From Nemertoderma westbladi (taxonomy: Eukaryota; Animalia; Xenacoelomorpha): a DNA stretch of 35,310 bases. Both the position numbers and the translations under genes were made by a program. Below are positions 11,892 to 24,343 of this stretch, piece after piece (position 1 is the first letter of the stretch; each line of letters starts with the position of its first letter). The stretch is from NCBI GenBank assembly GCA_032718475.1, contig JAUCBJ010004994.1:1-35310 (forward strand). The letters run 5' to 3'. The notes under the pieces were generated by a model, which made no database searches, was not told the origin of the DNA, and was given only the letters and a program-made list of their open reading frames with translations.

Positions 11892-12120
11892 GTGACGGGT
11901 GGGAGGTGGGGCTATGGGCACCCCACCGCAACCAGTTAGTGACGGGGGGGGGGGGGCTATGGGCACCCCACCGCAACCAGTTAGTGACGGGTGGGGGGGG
12001 GCTATGGGCACCCCACTGCAACCAGTTAGTGGGGGGGGGGGGGGCTACGGGCATCCCACTGCAACCAGTTAGTGACGGGTGGGGGGGGGGGGCAACAGGC
12101 ACCCCATCGCAACTAGCAAG
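11892..12120. repeat. About 45-bp G-rich tandem repeat x4-5 inside gag
   Basis: gtgacggg(g)n-ctatgggcaccccaccgcaaccagtta units. Confidence 0.85.
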
Positions 12121-13419
12121 TGACGAGAGGGCGGGGGGCAGAGAATGTCCCACAAGCATTAATGGGTAATGTGCGTGGTGAGTTGAGTGAACCGTGGCAC
12201 CCGACGGCGGACAAGAGGGGGGGGGGCAGAGAATGTCCAACGAGCGTTGGTGCACAATGCACACGGTGGGTTAAGTGAACTGTGGCACCCGGCGACAGGG
12301 GGGAAGGAGGGGGGCAACAGATGCCCCACAGGCGTCAGCAGAAAATGCGCGCAGTGAGTTAAGTGAACCGTGGCACCCGATGACAGAGGGGAATAGAAGG
12401 GCGGCGAATATTTACGAGGCCGTGCGACTGGGTAAAGGGAAAAGCGTTCACGCCGCAAGCGGCCAAACAAGGGAACGTCGAGCCCACTCGGGAGACGGAA
12501 GGAGAACGATAGAGTTCATCCGGGAGGTCGATACGGGACCTCATGAACATAGGTATAACGCCGGGAGTAGAGGACACGACGAGGGTGATAGAGATGATCG
12601 AGAAAATGTTGCTACGAACAACCGGAAGGGAAGGACGGACAGTGAACCGTCAGTAGTCGAGATGGAGACAGAGATCCGGTGGGGTCGTACTCCGGGAGAT
12701 TGCCATCGCCCCGGAGAAACACAACCGGGAGAGGGGTACAGAGTGTACCGATACGAGGATGAAGACAGGAGAGGGGACCGGAGAGAAACTTCCCGTCGGG
12801 ATGTAGCTGCCGATCGAGAATATGGTAATTGTGGGGAGGACTTCTTAGGAACACTCGAGAAGATTAAACTTCGGTCCGGAAGGGCACAGGCAGACTGCAG
12901 GACATACTGCAGGCCTTACTGCACATACTATAGGCCATGCTGGGAGAGATAGTGTAGGCAATAGGGTAGCGCGGATGACAGGATTAAACCCGGAGGTCGC
13001 GGCGTACATACCGGTTGGTAGGCAAGAAGTGGATAGGCCTATACCGGTACCTGCACACCAGTATGACTATAACATGCAGGGATATAATATATACCCAGGG
13101 GAGGGGGGAGGTATTGCCGATAGGTGCATGGGCCCTAACATGATAACATCAACCCCAGTACCAAACATAACACCAGTGGGGGGGGGGACAGGGTGACACT
13201 CCCCCATTGCAGTATCAGCAATACACGCAGCCAACAGCAAAAAGCCCAAACCCCTCTGATGCAAATAAATCGTGCAACACGGAGATATGGAGGGGACTGT
13301 TACCCCCGATGATATATCCTACACAAGGAAAGTCGACGGGCCCGATAGGCGAACCGCAGCCAATACCGGAGGAACCTGTATCCCAACCATCGAGCGCACT
13401 GGAAGTACAAGCGATGGGA

Positions 13420-14560
13420 ATGGCAACACTCATCGACGCGCTGAAGACCAGGATCGATCTACCGCCAGTGGAGCTGTTCAAATTCGATGGTAGTAAGCCG
13501 GAGGAATATCTGCAATTCCGGCGTATGTACAGTAATGAAATTTTAACGAAGAACTTGACACAGGCTGAGTGCCAAAATACTTACAAGTTTACACGGGGGG
13601 GGGGGGGGCAGCATACGACATCGTAAGGCAGTACCAAGGTATCAAAGGTGGATTCACGAATGCATGGCGGGCCCTGGACAGGGAATTCGGACATCCTGCG
13701 AAGATCATTTGACAAACCTTAAGGGGATTAACATCAGGCGGACTACAGGATAACCCTGTCAGCATCAAGACCTTCGCGAATAAAGTCGAAAAGGCGCCGA
13801 TTGTGCTAAAGACCCTAGATGCACCTTACAAACTCAACGCAATCAATAACATCACTACAACAGAGCAGGAACCACCAATCTGGCTGAGGAACAAGTGGAG
13901 AAAGATCGCCTTCTCCACTCGGGAGAAGAAAGGTGCGGAGCCAGGGCTAGAGGAGATGAACTTCCTTAACTATGAAGCGGAATTGAATACAGACCCAGTC
14001 TATAGTGAGGAGAGTCTCGGTAAAGTACCAAGAGCAGAATGCAACTGGCCTAAACCCGAACATAGTCCGGCGGACCCATTTCCAAAAGTGAGGCAATCGT
14101 TGCCATACGCAACCATCCAGTGACTTGTAGTCCATATAACAGCTGTGGTGACTATGGAGGAAAGAACACCCCTGACATGGGTATGTGAAACCAAAACACT
14201 AAACCATCCGACCCGGACCTAGACGAAACGGGGACTTGTAGTCCACATAACAGCTGTGGTGACTATGGAGGAAACAACACCCCTGACGCGGGTTTACACA
14301 ACCAAAACAACAAACCATCCGGCTCGGACCTGGACGAAATACGCGAGACGCTATACAGAGAGCGTTATAACCCATTCTATAGGTGTCAAATACATAGAAA
14401 GCAGGTGCATATGTGGGACACGATGCATAAGACCATTGATTGCGACCAGTGGCGGGCACTGCTGAAAGAAGATCGATTAGATTATACAGGGAGAATTGGG
14501 TTATGCCATAGATGCGCGAGGGGAGGACATAAGAAGGATAGGTGTTGAGAGAAACCACCA
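13420..14560 (+). pseudogene. gag: BEL/Pao gag core (DUF1759-like) and CCHC zinc knuckle, frameshifted
   Basis: LPPVELFKFDGSKPEEYLQF, AWRALDREFGHP, WLRNKW and EAELNTDPVYS, plus CHRCARGGHKKDRC (CX2CX4HX4C) at 14504-14545. Confidence 0.85.
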
Positions 14561-14596
14561 AAGTACACCGAGACTGATGAGACTGGAGGCCAAACC

Positions 14597-15991
14597 ATGG
14601 CGACGAGCACCATGAGAGCAAAGAGGAAGAGGACGGTACTATTCAAAGTACTACCAGTGAGAATAACAGGAGAGGACGGGCTATCGGTCACAACATTATT
14701 ATTGATCTCTAGTGAAGCAGCGTTCACGCTAACGGAGGGTTGGGTGGCCAAAAAGATAGGGTTACGAACGAGGCCAACCAAGATGGCGATAACCACTACC
14801 TCGAGTAAAGACAAGGTCTTGAAGATGAGAACGGGGCGTTGCAAAATATCAGCGATAATGCCAGGGTGTGATTATGGGGCGACCATCGATCCTATTCAAA
14901 TAATAGAATCGATTAATATTAATGCCAGGCGACCCATGAAGATCGAGGTCGAACAATACCAGTACCTGGATAACATCGATTTCTCCGTGCCCGAACTGGA
15001 CATCCCAAAAGTATCTCTCATAGTTGGAATGGACTGCCCGATGGCCCACAGGAGAACGGCCATGTTCGGAGATGATGAGGGGAGAGGCCCGATGGCGATT
15101 CTCACGCCATTTAGATGGACACTCAGCGGCCCAATCAAGTCTAGAATTCCATTCAGCGTGTCGGAATCCCCCGGGTGCATGTTCGCAGGCACAATAAGAG
15201 AAGTGGAGGACGTTGGAGCAGAGGAGAAACCAAAGACAGGCAATGGGGAGATCCCATATGAGAAGCGGCCCGAGGGAGGACACCAGGAGTCGGGGATGGG
15301 AATGGATCTGGAACCATGCATAGTGGAGCGTGGTAAAAGGGTGGAGGACAGAGAAATACCGGGGACAGATGAGTCAGGAGGAGAAACAACAGCAAAAGTG
15401 AGGGCGGTGGAGAATGGGTTCGACGCAGAGGACCTAGAGGCAATGGGATGGAACATAGATGTTCCTGGCGAGTATCGGTATGGGAATGGAGAAGAGTGGA
15501 CGGCGAGATATCCAGAAAGGTGTCCGGAACAGATGCCGGTCCAGTTGAGAAGCATACCGATGGGGAGGAGGTCGAGTAGGAGGACAGAGTGGAAGGGGAG
15601 AGGACATAAGAAGATTAGACCAAGGGCGGAGAAGCCCATGACGAAGCGTGACGAAGTAGGCAGGAAAGTTGGCGAGGGCGTGTTGTACATGCACATGGGG
15701 CCGGCAAAGTGCGAAGGGGCACTGAATGGTAGACCATTATGCATACCGAAGGATGACCGAGGGTCATCGGGGGCTTTAACGCGGGCACACATATTGAGGG
15801 GGAGGCCAGCAAAGGTGGCATATACCAGTGAGGATGACAAGAAGGGCGGCATTCTACCGCGAAGTGATGACGAGATGAAGGGTGGCATTTTGCCGCTAGG
15901 GGACGACAATGAGGAGTTCTGTGGGGCGGAGGAGAGACCCGATTTAGGGTGGAGGAGAAGGGAAGGTCAGATCCAAGAGAGTTGGAACTGA
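14597..15991 (+). pseudogene. pol: Degenerate Pao aspartic protease fused to an integrase C-terminal remnant
   Basis: VLFKVLPVRI..TLLLISSEA (catalytic Asp lost), SLIVGMD, GPMAILTPFRWTLSGP. CEGALNGRPL...ALTRAHILRG at 15710-15802 matches the Pao integrase pattern E..LNSRPL..LTP.HFL.G. Confidence 0.8.
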
Positions 15992-16119
15992 CAGAGGAGA
16001 AGGGAAGGTCAGATCCAAGAGAGTTGGAACTGACGGAGGAGAAGGGAAGATCAGATCCAAGAGAGTTGGAACTGATGGAGGAGAAGGGAAGGTCAGATCC
16101 AAGAGAGTTGGAACTGACA
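15951..16119. repeat. 42-bp tandem repeat x4
   Basis: gaggagaagggaaggtcagatccaagagagttggaactgac units (EEKGRSDPRELELT). Confidence 0.95.
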
Positions 16120-16269
16120 AGGAGAGTGGGACGAAGAGTAAGAGGCCCACTGCCCCTACAGAGGGGGATTACCCCTTGGTTGTTGAGTCGTCCAATAAGT
16201 TGGATTGAGGGGGGAGGAATGAGAGTGATACACCCTTCCCACAAATATATAATATAACATAATATATAA

Positions 16270-16515
16270 AAAAATTATATGAGTAGGTACAATTACGTAC
16301 GTCTGATTGGTACATAATGTACAAATACATACGTACTTATGTATGGTACGATGTACCAACGTACAGTAATTTACGCATGCCGAGTTAATGGGAGCATACA
16401 TTCGCACTAAATAATTATGTACGTCTGATGGGTACATAATGTACAAATATATACGTACCAACATATGGTACGACGTACCAATGTACAGTAATTTATGCAC
16501 GCCGAGTCAATGGGA
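16270..16515. repeat. About 118-bp tandem duplication in the element 3' UTR
   Basis: tacgtctgat.ggtacataatgtacaaata...tacagtaattta.gca.gccgagt.aatggga occurs twice. Confidence 0.8.
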
Positions 16516-17014
16516 ACAAATACCGAATCAACGGGAATGATGACTAGAATAGTAGGACAAGGCTTTAGACGGATCTCACTGACATGATGTACACATGCGT
16601 GAGACCCGATGAGAGCGAGAGTGGCAGCCGGGGAAGTATGGGAAGGAGGTGTTGACATGCGAGGGAGTGAAAGGAGTGCAATTCAAGTGTGGGGAGCGAG
16701 CATAGAGGAGAATGAGTCCCAAGGGACTAGTGAGAGTAAGGGACAGCAAGGTCCGTGAGGATGATTTGAGTAAGGTTAAAGAAAAATTGTATGGAGAATG
16801 AGCACAATAGTCTCAAACAGAGACACCAGATACCTCGGTGCAACATAGCTCGCGATTGAACCAAGGATGGGTAGTAATAACACACCCCGGGGGGGCGGTC
16901 TGGAAAGCCAACCCCGAGAAAAGAACTCCACCCCACATCCAATATTAGATTGGGTTCCAGCGGAATTGAAGCGCACTTGAGGTTGATGCTATCTTCTAAC
17001 TGGGAAGATAGCAT

Positions 17015-17023
17015 GGGGGGGAG
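17015..17023 (+). promoter_or_regulatory. Polypurine tract
   Basis: gggggggag directly abuts the TGT of the 3' LTR, as is typical for BEL/Pao. Confidence 0.85.
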
Positions 17024-17537
17024 TGTAAGCGGATTCAATTCCCTTACATTACCCACGCGAAAATGGGACCAGTGGCATTTTACCAATATAGTTGGTGATA
17101 CAAGATTACCAATAATAATCTCGCCTCATAACCAACTCGTGGGGGGGGGACACAGGCCCTAAAGCCACAGAGAGAGGTGAGAGGTCAAACCACCTCGGAG
17201 GGAGAACACAGCTAGTTGAGGCTAGCAGTAGGGGGTAACACCTACAGGGAGTGCCAAAGTGACAATTAGTATATAAGCCAATAGCAGGCAGGGGATCACG
17301 TGGGGAAAGATAGGAAAGCATCCATTGGGTTGCGAAGGCCAAAGTAGAGTAGAGGTGAAACCAATATGTATGTGTACCAATCATATATTTACTCTGATTA
17401 CTGGTATACCGGTCAGTTCACTAATCACACAGCTGCTAGAGACCGGCAATAGTTTCTAGCATCACTTTATACACTGCTGTTATAATTCTGTATTGCAATT
17501 CCTACCATCATTTGTTAAACATACTGTAACATTAACA
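17024..17537 (+). repeat. 3' LTR
   Basis: Starts tgtaagcgg immediately after the polypurine tract and ends aacattaaca, with about 14 bp deleted near the end. Confidence 0.88.
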
Positions 17538-17659
17538 TACTGTAACTGTAACCTTTCTGGCCCAAACCCTAGGTCACCAGGGAGGCCAGATTGTGAGGGG
17601 GGGGGGGGATTCTGGAGTTGGAGGCTACTGTCATGTTCCACCCCGACCAACCAAGCCAT

Positions 17660-18435
17660 TGTTGAATCTGAGGCAAGTCACTAGACTAGCCTCAGTTAAC
17701 ACCCTAACACTCGGGTCCCCAATGCTGACTGCCTTAGCAGATAAGCTTTCTCTTAGCGCAGTGGGAATTTAGGAGCACCAAATGCAGACTGGACAGACTG
17801 ATGAGATTCTGATTACGGACATGGGGGGCGGTTGGCGACTCGCCCTCGCATCAGCAGATGATAGTGGAAATGGTGGAATTGGTCTATTGATGAATCCAAC
17901 TGCACATGCAGCATTGGACAAAATAGACCAAATCTCTAACCGCATCATCCGTTGCCACTTCTCATGTTCTGGAAGACTGGCTAAGAAGTTTCCTAAGGTG
18001 GTTCTTATTGTGTGCTACTAGTGTTGTCCCTGTAGAGGAGGTGGAAAATTTCTACCAGAATCTACAAGCAGCTACTGATGGAGTGGATCAGCATGCATTC
18101 TTAACATTCCTGGGAGACTTTAATGCAAGTCTGCATCAATCACCTACATCGCCCTGGGTCTATAGCAATAGTGTTAACCGAAATTCCGTCCATCTTCAGG
18201 ATTTTATCTCTGCAAATGGATTGTTTTCGGCTGGAACCCAGTTCAAGAAGCGAACTGGAAAGCTATGGACTCATAGTGGACCCAGTGCTCACAAGTCCCA
18301 GATAGACCATATCCTGTTTCGTAGGAAATACAGGAACTCTATACAAGACTCTAATGCATTTACACTACGACCCTTCTCCAGTGATCACCGCCTTATTGTG
18401 GCCAAGGTAAGACTTAGTCTGCGTGCTAGCAGAAC
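17660..18435 (+). pseudogene. RTE-type apurinic/apyrimidinic endonuclease domain
   Basis: RLASVNTLTL, AVGI*EH (QE motif with a stop), GGIGLL, SNRII, VCY, EVENFY, LGDFNA, KLWTH, SQIDHIL, SDHRLI and LSLR, with one stop and one frameshift near 18015. Confidence 0.9.
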
Positions 18436-21400
18436 AAGGTATAAACAGGGAAACCCCCCACCTGAGTGCTTCCCCAAGGGTCTGAAAAAAATGATTGAGA
18501 AATGCAGTGGTTGTCAATCGTTTATGTTCCCTTGGGAAATATCCAGGCAAGTCATTGGGAAAAAAATGTTTAGCGCTTGCTGCAGCTACGGAACAATCAG
18601 GTTAAATCATATCAAAGACCCACCAGACGGGCTACAAGAGTTATTCAGTGCGAAGACGGGTAGATACAGACAATTTCTTGAAAATATCCGTTCATATAAC
18701 TGATTGGCCTCCAAGAACATACATAATGGAAAACAAGTATCCTTTACGAAGGGAAAGAGTGATAAATGTACCACTTGAGTCCGAATGTGTCTCCTGACGA
18801 AATGGAGAATCCAAAGTACTCACAAATTTTTGTATTTGATAAGAAAAATGAAGTGCACAACAGGATTAAACAAGCAAAGGAACCAAATAAAATAAACTTT
18901 GATACTCTTGAAATTATCCAAAGAGAAATTTCCAAATTTAATCCTTATGTTACAAAGTATAAAAGTGGCGCGCAGATATTTGAGGAAAACCCCAATAAGA
19001 ACCTAGAAATGGTTTTCAAGGCAAAGGGCTCTGCGGGAACAAAGAAAATGTTGAGCTTCACTGACATCCCTGAGGTGGTTGTTGTCGCTCCCAGAGACCC
19101 GACGCAGCCCAGGGATGTTGTTCTCTACAGATCTAAAGTCCATCACCCCACTCAGAGAGATACAGTCGCGATTAATGCCAATCATCTAATGTACGATCCC
19201 ACAGCTTACCCACTCATCCTTCCACATGGAGATTCAGGCTTCAGCATTGACTGTGATGTCGTTAAATCTAACGGGAAGAAGGTTTCTGCGCTAGAGTTCT
19301 TCCGGTTCCACCTTCAAGTCAGAGATAACTGCAATACCCTCCACAAATCACGCAGATTGGGTCAGGAATATATGTGTGGCCAATGGAGTAAGATTGAAGG
19401 GAGTCGGCTCCAATTCCTTCGCCATATTGAGGACAAACTGCGTGTAGACCAGTATTCTGGACTCCAAGATGCCTTAGCTCAGGCCAGGGCATCTAAGACT
19501 GGTGAATCCGAGATGGAGAAGATTGGTCCACTCACCGTCCTTCCCTCTAGCTTTACCGGGTCTCCGAGGTACATGTATAAAGATTACCTGAACGCGCTTG
19601 CCATTGCCACAAAGTACCGCAAGTTCGACCTCTTTATTACTATTACTGGGAACCCGAAGTGGGACGCTGTAAAAGAAAACCTTTTCCCTGAACAACAGCC
19701 ATTCGACAGACCTGATATTATGAAGAGAATCTTCAAAAAAGTGCTGGATGAGCTCATATCAGATATTGATAAGGGAGTATTTGGGTCCATGAAGGCCAGA
19801 CTTTACACTGTAGAGGGTCAAATGAGAGGCCTAAAGCACGCGCACATCTTGCTCCTTCTCAACGAGAACATCACGTTGGAAGATCTAAATCAAATAATAT
19901 CTGCCGAGATTCCGGACCCAGATGACCCTGTGTACGATATTGTTTCGAGCTGTATGCTCCACGGTCCGTGCGGTCTTGCCTTCTCGTTTGCACCATGTAT
20001 GGTAAACAGAGTCTGCAACAAGGTGTATCCCAAAGATTACAACGAGGATACACACCTGATAATACCATAATACACAGATTATAAATAATAATAATCAGAT
20101 TCAACATTTTAGCTTAATTATAATTAATAAAATAACAATTATAATATACAGGTACCCTGCTGTCCAGTCACAGAACATCAGTTTCAAGGACGGGAAGGCG
20201 GCACAAGCCTTGGAGCAAAGACCACAAAGACCAAAGACACCTCTCTTATGAATGAAAAAGACCCCAACGCCAGGCAATTCCTCTACAAAGAAATTCCCGA
20301 ACACTAAGTTTGGAGTGCGAATCATACCTGGACAGTGCGAAAGACGCAGCCCAAAGGAGACACAGTTCCCCGGACAATAGGACGGATAAACAATGTGTCT
20401 CCCATACAAGGAGAGAGATTCTACCTCAAGTTAGTTGCTACTCAACCACATCACCGGCCCACATTCATATAGGGTTCGAGGGCATACAGTACGAGATATT
20501 TAAGGAGACTGCTCTTGCCATGGGTCTGTTGGAGGACGATTTAGAGTGGACCCAGGCCCTACAGGAAACTGCAACCTCTGGGTCAGCTAGGCAGATCAGG
20601 TCCTGCTTTGCAATCATCCTCCAATTCTGTGAACCAACCAAGACCAAAAAGCTGTATGACAAGTTGAATGATAGTAATGGGCAATGATTATATATACGAC
20701 GAAATTAAACATAGAAACTGCAGCCGAGAGGACGTTGATATTCATGTGGTTGGTGATAAAATATTAAATAGTCTGAACGAGGAGCTTTGTCATATGGGGT
20801 CAGTTCCCTGCTACAATGCCAAAACCCCCGCCCCTTGACTGAAAATGAAAAAATCGCCAGAATATTTCAGGACGAGACCTACATTGTGGAGAAACAAATA
20901 GAAATTGTAAAGGCGATGGAAGCCCTTCTTAATAACGAACAGATAAACCTCTGTGAAAAAATATATTATACAGCCCACGCGTCTGCTGGCGAGCCTCTCC
21001 AAAAGCAATTTCTACTAAACTCTCCAGGCGGCTATGGCAAGACCTTTACATTCAAATTCATTAGCGCTAAAGAGCTGAAGGCGGGATTATTCTTATTGTG
21101 GCTTGGCTGCCCAAAATCTAGAAGGAGCGCGAACAGCCCACTCAAGGTTTAAAATTCCAATTCCAATATTTGAAGACTCTACATGTAATATAAAGTCACA
21201 GACTCCTCTAGCTAAGTTAATCAAGGCCAGTCAATTGATTATCTGGGATGAAATCTTCAGTGTTCATCGTTTCATTGTTGAGTGAGTAGAGAGAACATTG
21301 AGAGATCTTATGGATAGTGATGAGCCTTGGGGTGGAAAGGTAGTCTGTCTAGGCGGGGACCCAAGGCAGACCACTCCTGTAGTCAAACGTGGCGGGAGAC

Positions 21401-22397
21401 CACAAATAGTACGAGCCTGTATCCAGATATCGCCACGCCACTATACACTGACATGAAGGAGCATAAACTGACGATCAACATGAGGACAGACTCAGATCAA
21501 CTGGAGTTCTCTAACTATTTGTTGAGGTTAGGAGAGGGCACAGAGAAAACGTACGAGGATACTGAGGACAGAGTAAAAATTCCACAGGGGTACCTCACAG
21601 AGAGCTTGGCAGACCTCATAGAGTGCACTTTTCCCAGCATAAAGAATAGCTGTTATGGGTCAGAAAATCTAATAGCCTGAACTATATCCACTCCACTGAA
21701 CAGGGATATGAAGGACATCAATAATTACTGTGTTGATAAGTATCCTGGAGAACTAATAGAGTATCTATCTGCCGACAATATTCTTGAGGATAATCATAAG
21801 GACTCCCTACCAACAGAGTTTCTCAACTCTCCAATTCCTTCTGGCATGCCAGATCACCGATTGCTCCTTAAAGTAGGTTGCCCGGTTATGTTGCTGCGTA
21901 ACCTTCAAGCGGGGCCCAACTGCAGCCTGAGGAACGGAACTCGAATGATTTTGGTTCAGCTGATGGGAAGAGTTATTGAATGTGAGATCGCAGTTGGGAC
22001 CAATAAGGGACAACGGGTATTTATGACTTCCCTTTCACTATGGTCAGGAGACAATTCCCACTACGGTAAGACATATAGATAGATATATTTTCTTACAAAA
22101 TTCAAAATTTTGGTATAAAAATAGAAACTGATTCGCATGATGTTAATAATATTTTTTATGTTATTTGTATAATTTATAATTTGTACATTTTTCCAGACTA
22201 GCTTTTGGTGTTACCATAAATAAAGGACAGGGACAGGAGAATGAACGAGTTGGTGTATATCTTCCCAAGTCTGTTTTCTCTCATGGACAACTATACAAAG
22301 CACTTTCAGGGGCAAGAGGAAGAAGGTCGTTAAAGTTACTATACTAGATAATAATGAAGGTTTCACCGACAACATTGTTTTCAAAGAGTTAATCTAA
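18436..22397 (+). pseudogene. Helitron Rep/PIF1-helicase gene, degenerate and intron-containing
   Basis: N-terminal C..C/CC..G/IRSYN; LPSSFTGSPRYM; Rep motif 1 FITITGNPKW (19633-19662); HUH motif RGLKHAH (HAH at 19837-19845); MLHGPC; GLLEDD.EW; Walker A SPGGYGKT (21021-21044); IIWDE; GGDPRQ; MLLRNL; NGTR; [20 protein letters not shown]; FSHGQLY; NIVFKELI* (stop 22395-22397). Many stops and frameshifts. Confidence 0.93.
22066..22196 (+). other. Spliceosomal intron (131 bp) in the Helitron helicase
   Basis: cg|gtaag ... ttttccag|a. Splicing restores [13 protein letters not shown]. Confidence 0.9.
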
Positions 22398-22424
22398 ATG
22401 TCTTATCTATACTATAGGTGAAAT

Positions 22425-24343
22425 GGTTATATTGAAAAATATCGAGACATGAAAAATATCGAGAGTAAAAATAACGCGAGTAAAAACATCGAGTGTTGAA
22501 AAATAACGATAATATCGAGAGTTCAAAAAATATCGAGAGTAAAAATATCGAGGGTAAAAATATCGAGAGTAAAAATACCGAGTGTTGAAAAATATCGAGA
22601 GTAAAAATATCGAGAGTAAAAATATCGAGTGTTGAAAAATATCGAGAGTAAAAATATCGAGTGTTGAAAAATATCGAGAGTAAAAATATCGAGAGTAAAA
22701 ATATCGAGTGTTGAAAAATATCGAGAGTAAAAATATCGAGGGTAAAAATATCGAGAGTAAAAATACCGAGTGTTGAAAAATATCGAGAGTAAAAATATCG
22801 AGTGTTGAAAAATATCGAGAGTAAAAATATCGAGTGTTGAAAAATATCGAGAGTAAAAATATCGAGTGTTGAAAAATAGCGAGTGTTGAAAAATATCGAG
22901 AGTAAAAATATCGAGTGTTGAAAAATATCGAGAGTAAAAATATCGAGTGTTGAAAAATATCGAGAGTAAAAATATCGAGTGTTGAAAAATATCGAGAGTA
23001 AAAATATCGAGTGTTGAAAAATGTCGAGAGTAAAAATATCGAGCGTTGAAAAATATCGAGAGTAAAAATATCAAGTGTTGAAAAATATCGAGAGTAAAAA
23101 TATCGAGTGTTGAAAAATATCGAGTGTTGAAAAATATCGAGTGTTGAAAAATATTGAGTGTTGAAAAATATCGAGTGTTGAAAAATATCGAGTGTTGAAA
23201 AATATCGAGTGTTGAAAAATATCGAGAGTAAAAATATCGAGTGTTGAAAAATATCGAGTGTTGAAAAATATCGAGTGTTGAAAAATATCGAGAGTTGAAA
23301 AATATCGAGTGTTGAAAAATATCGAGTGTTGAAAAATATCGAGTGTTGAAAAATATCGAGTGTTGAAAAATATCGAGAGTTGAAAAATATCGAGTGTTGA
23401 AAAATATCGAGTGTTGAAAAATATCGAGTGTTGAAAAATATCGAGTGTTGAAAAATATCGAGTGTTGAAAAAAATATAGAATGTTGAAAAATATCGAGAG
23501 TAAAAATATCGATAGTAACAATTTTTTTAAATAAGGGTTGTATGATAATTTTTTTACTAAAAATGTTCTAGAAGAACAATATTTATTAACATTTGGTAGT
23601 TTATACGTGTTCTAATATAATATTTAACAATATTTATAATATTTATCAAAATTTATAGCTAGCACTTCTTTTATAATATTTATTAAAAAAATAGCAAAAA
23701 CTAGCTAGTATAATAAATCTGGTAAATGGGTACCCAAGGTGTATTACATAATGCCATTCACTTGCACTTGCACTGTTGTAACCCATGCACTGCAATATTG
23801 TTCCATAATTCTAAATAAAATGCGCAAGCAAAATGCAATACATTTTACTCTCGATATTTTTCAACACTCGATATTTTCAACACTCGTTATTTTTACTCTC
23901 GATATTTTTCAACACTCGATATTTTTACTCTCGATATTTTTACTCTCGATATTTTTCAACACTCGATATTTTTACTCTCGATATTTTTACACTCGATATT
24001 TTTCAACACTCGATATTTTTACTCTCGATATTTTTACTCTCGATATTTTTCAACACTCGATATTTTTCAACACTCGATATTTTTACTCTCGATATTTTTC
24101 AACACTCGATATTTTTACTCTCGATATTTTTCAACATTCGATATTTTTACTCTCGATATTTTTCAACACTCGATATTTTTCAACACTCGTTATTTTCGAT
24201 ATTTTTCATCTCGCGTTATTTTTACTCTCGATATTTTTTAATCACGTTAATTTTCAACACTCGTTATTTTTACTCTCGATATTTTTACTCTCGTTATTTT
24301 TACTCTCGATATTTTTCAAGTCTCGATATTTTTCACCATTACC
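22425..24343. mobile_element. Foldback (FB/MULE-like) element with arms made of 15-17 bp tandem repeats
   Basis: Left arm 22425-~23519 (gagtgttgaaaaatatc and gagagtaaaaatatc units). The right arm ~23843-24343 is its reverse complement. AT-rich spacer. Direct repeat ggtgaaat(g) at 22417-22424 and 24344-24351. Confidence 0.85.

Larger units (their letters stand above)
10054..17537 (+). mobile_element. BEL/Pao LTR retrotransposon, internally deleted and non-autonomous
   Basis: Two LTRs, a polypurine tract at 17015-17023, Pao-type gag, a zinc knuckle, protease and an integrase tail. No RT or RNaseH motifs seen. Confidence 0.88.

Noticed and set aside
14573-14600. Other CTGATGA motifs (also near 17798, 30452 and 30464) as hammerheads
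   Set aside because: No stem II followed by GAAA, and no closing stem I.
14896-15909. 337-aa antisense ORF
   Set aside because: A shadow of the purine-rich pol remnant, Ser/Pro-rich with no motifs.
17557-17660. HDV-like ribozyme at the RTE 5' end
   Set aside because: Only a simple hairpin is visible; the nested double pseudoknot could not be built by eye.
23696-23712. ctagctag as the Helitron 3' terminus
   Set aside because: It lies inside the foldback spacer and lacks an upstream GC hairpin. The Helitron termini could not be located.
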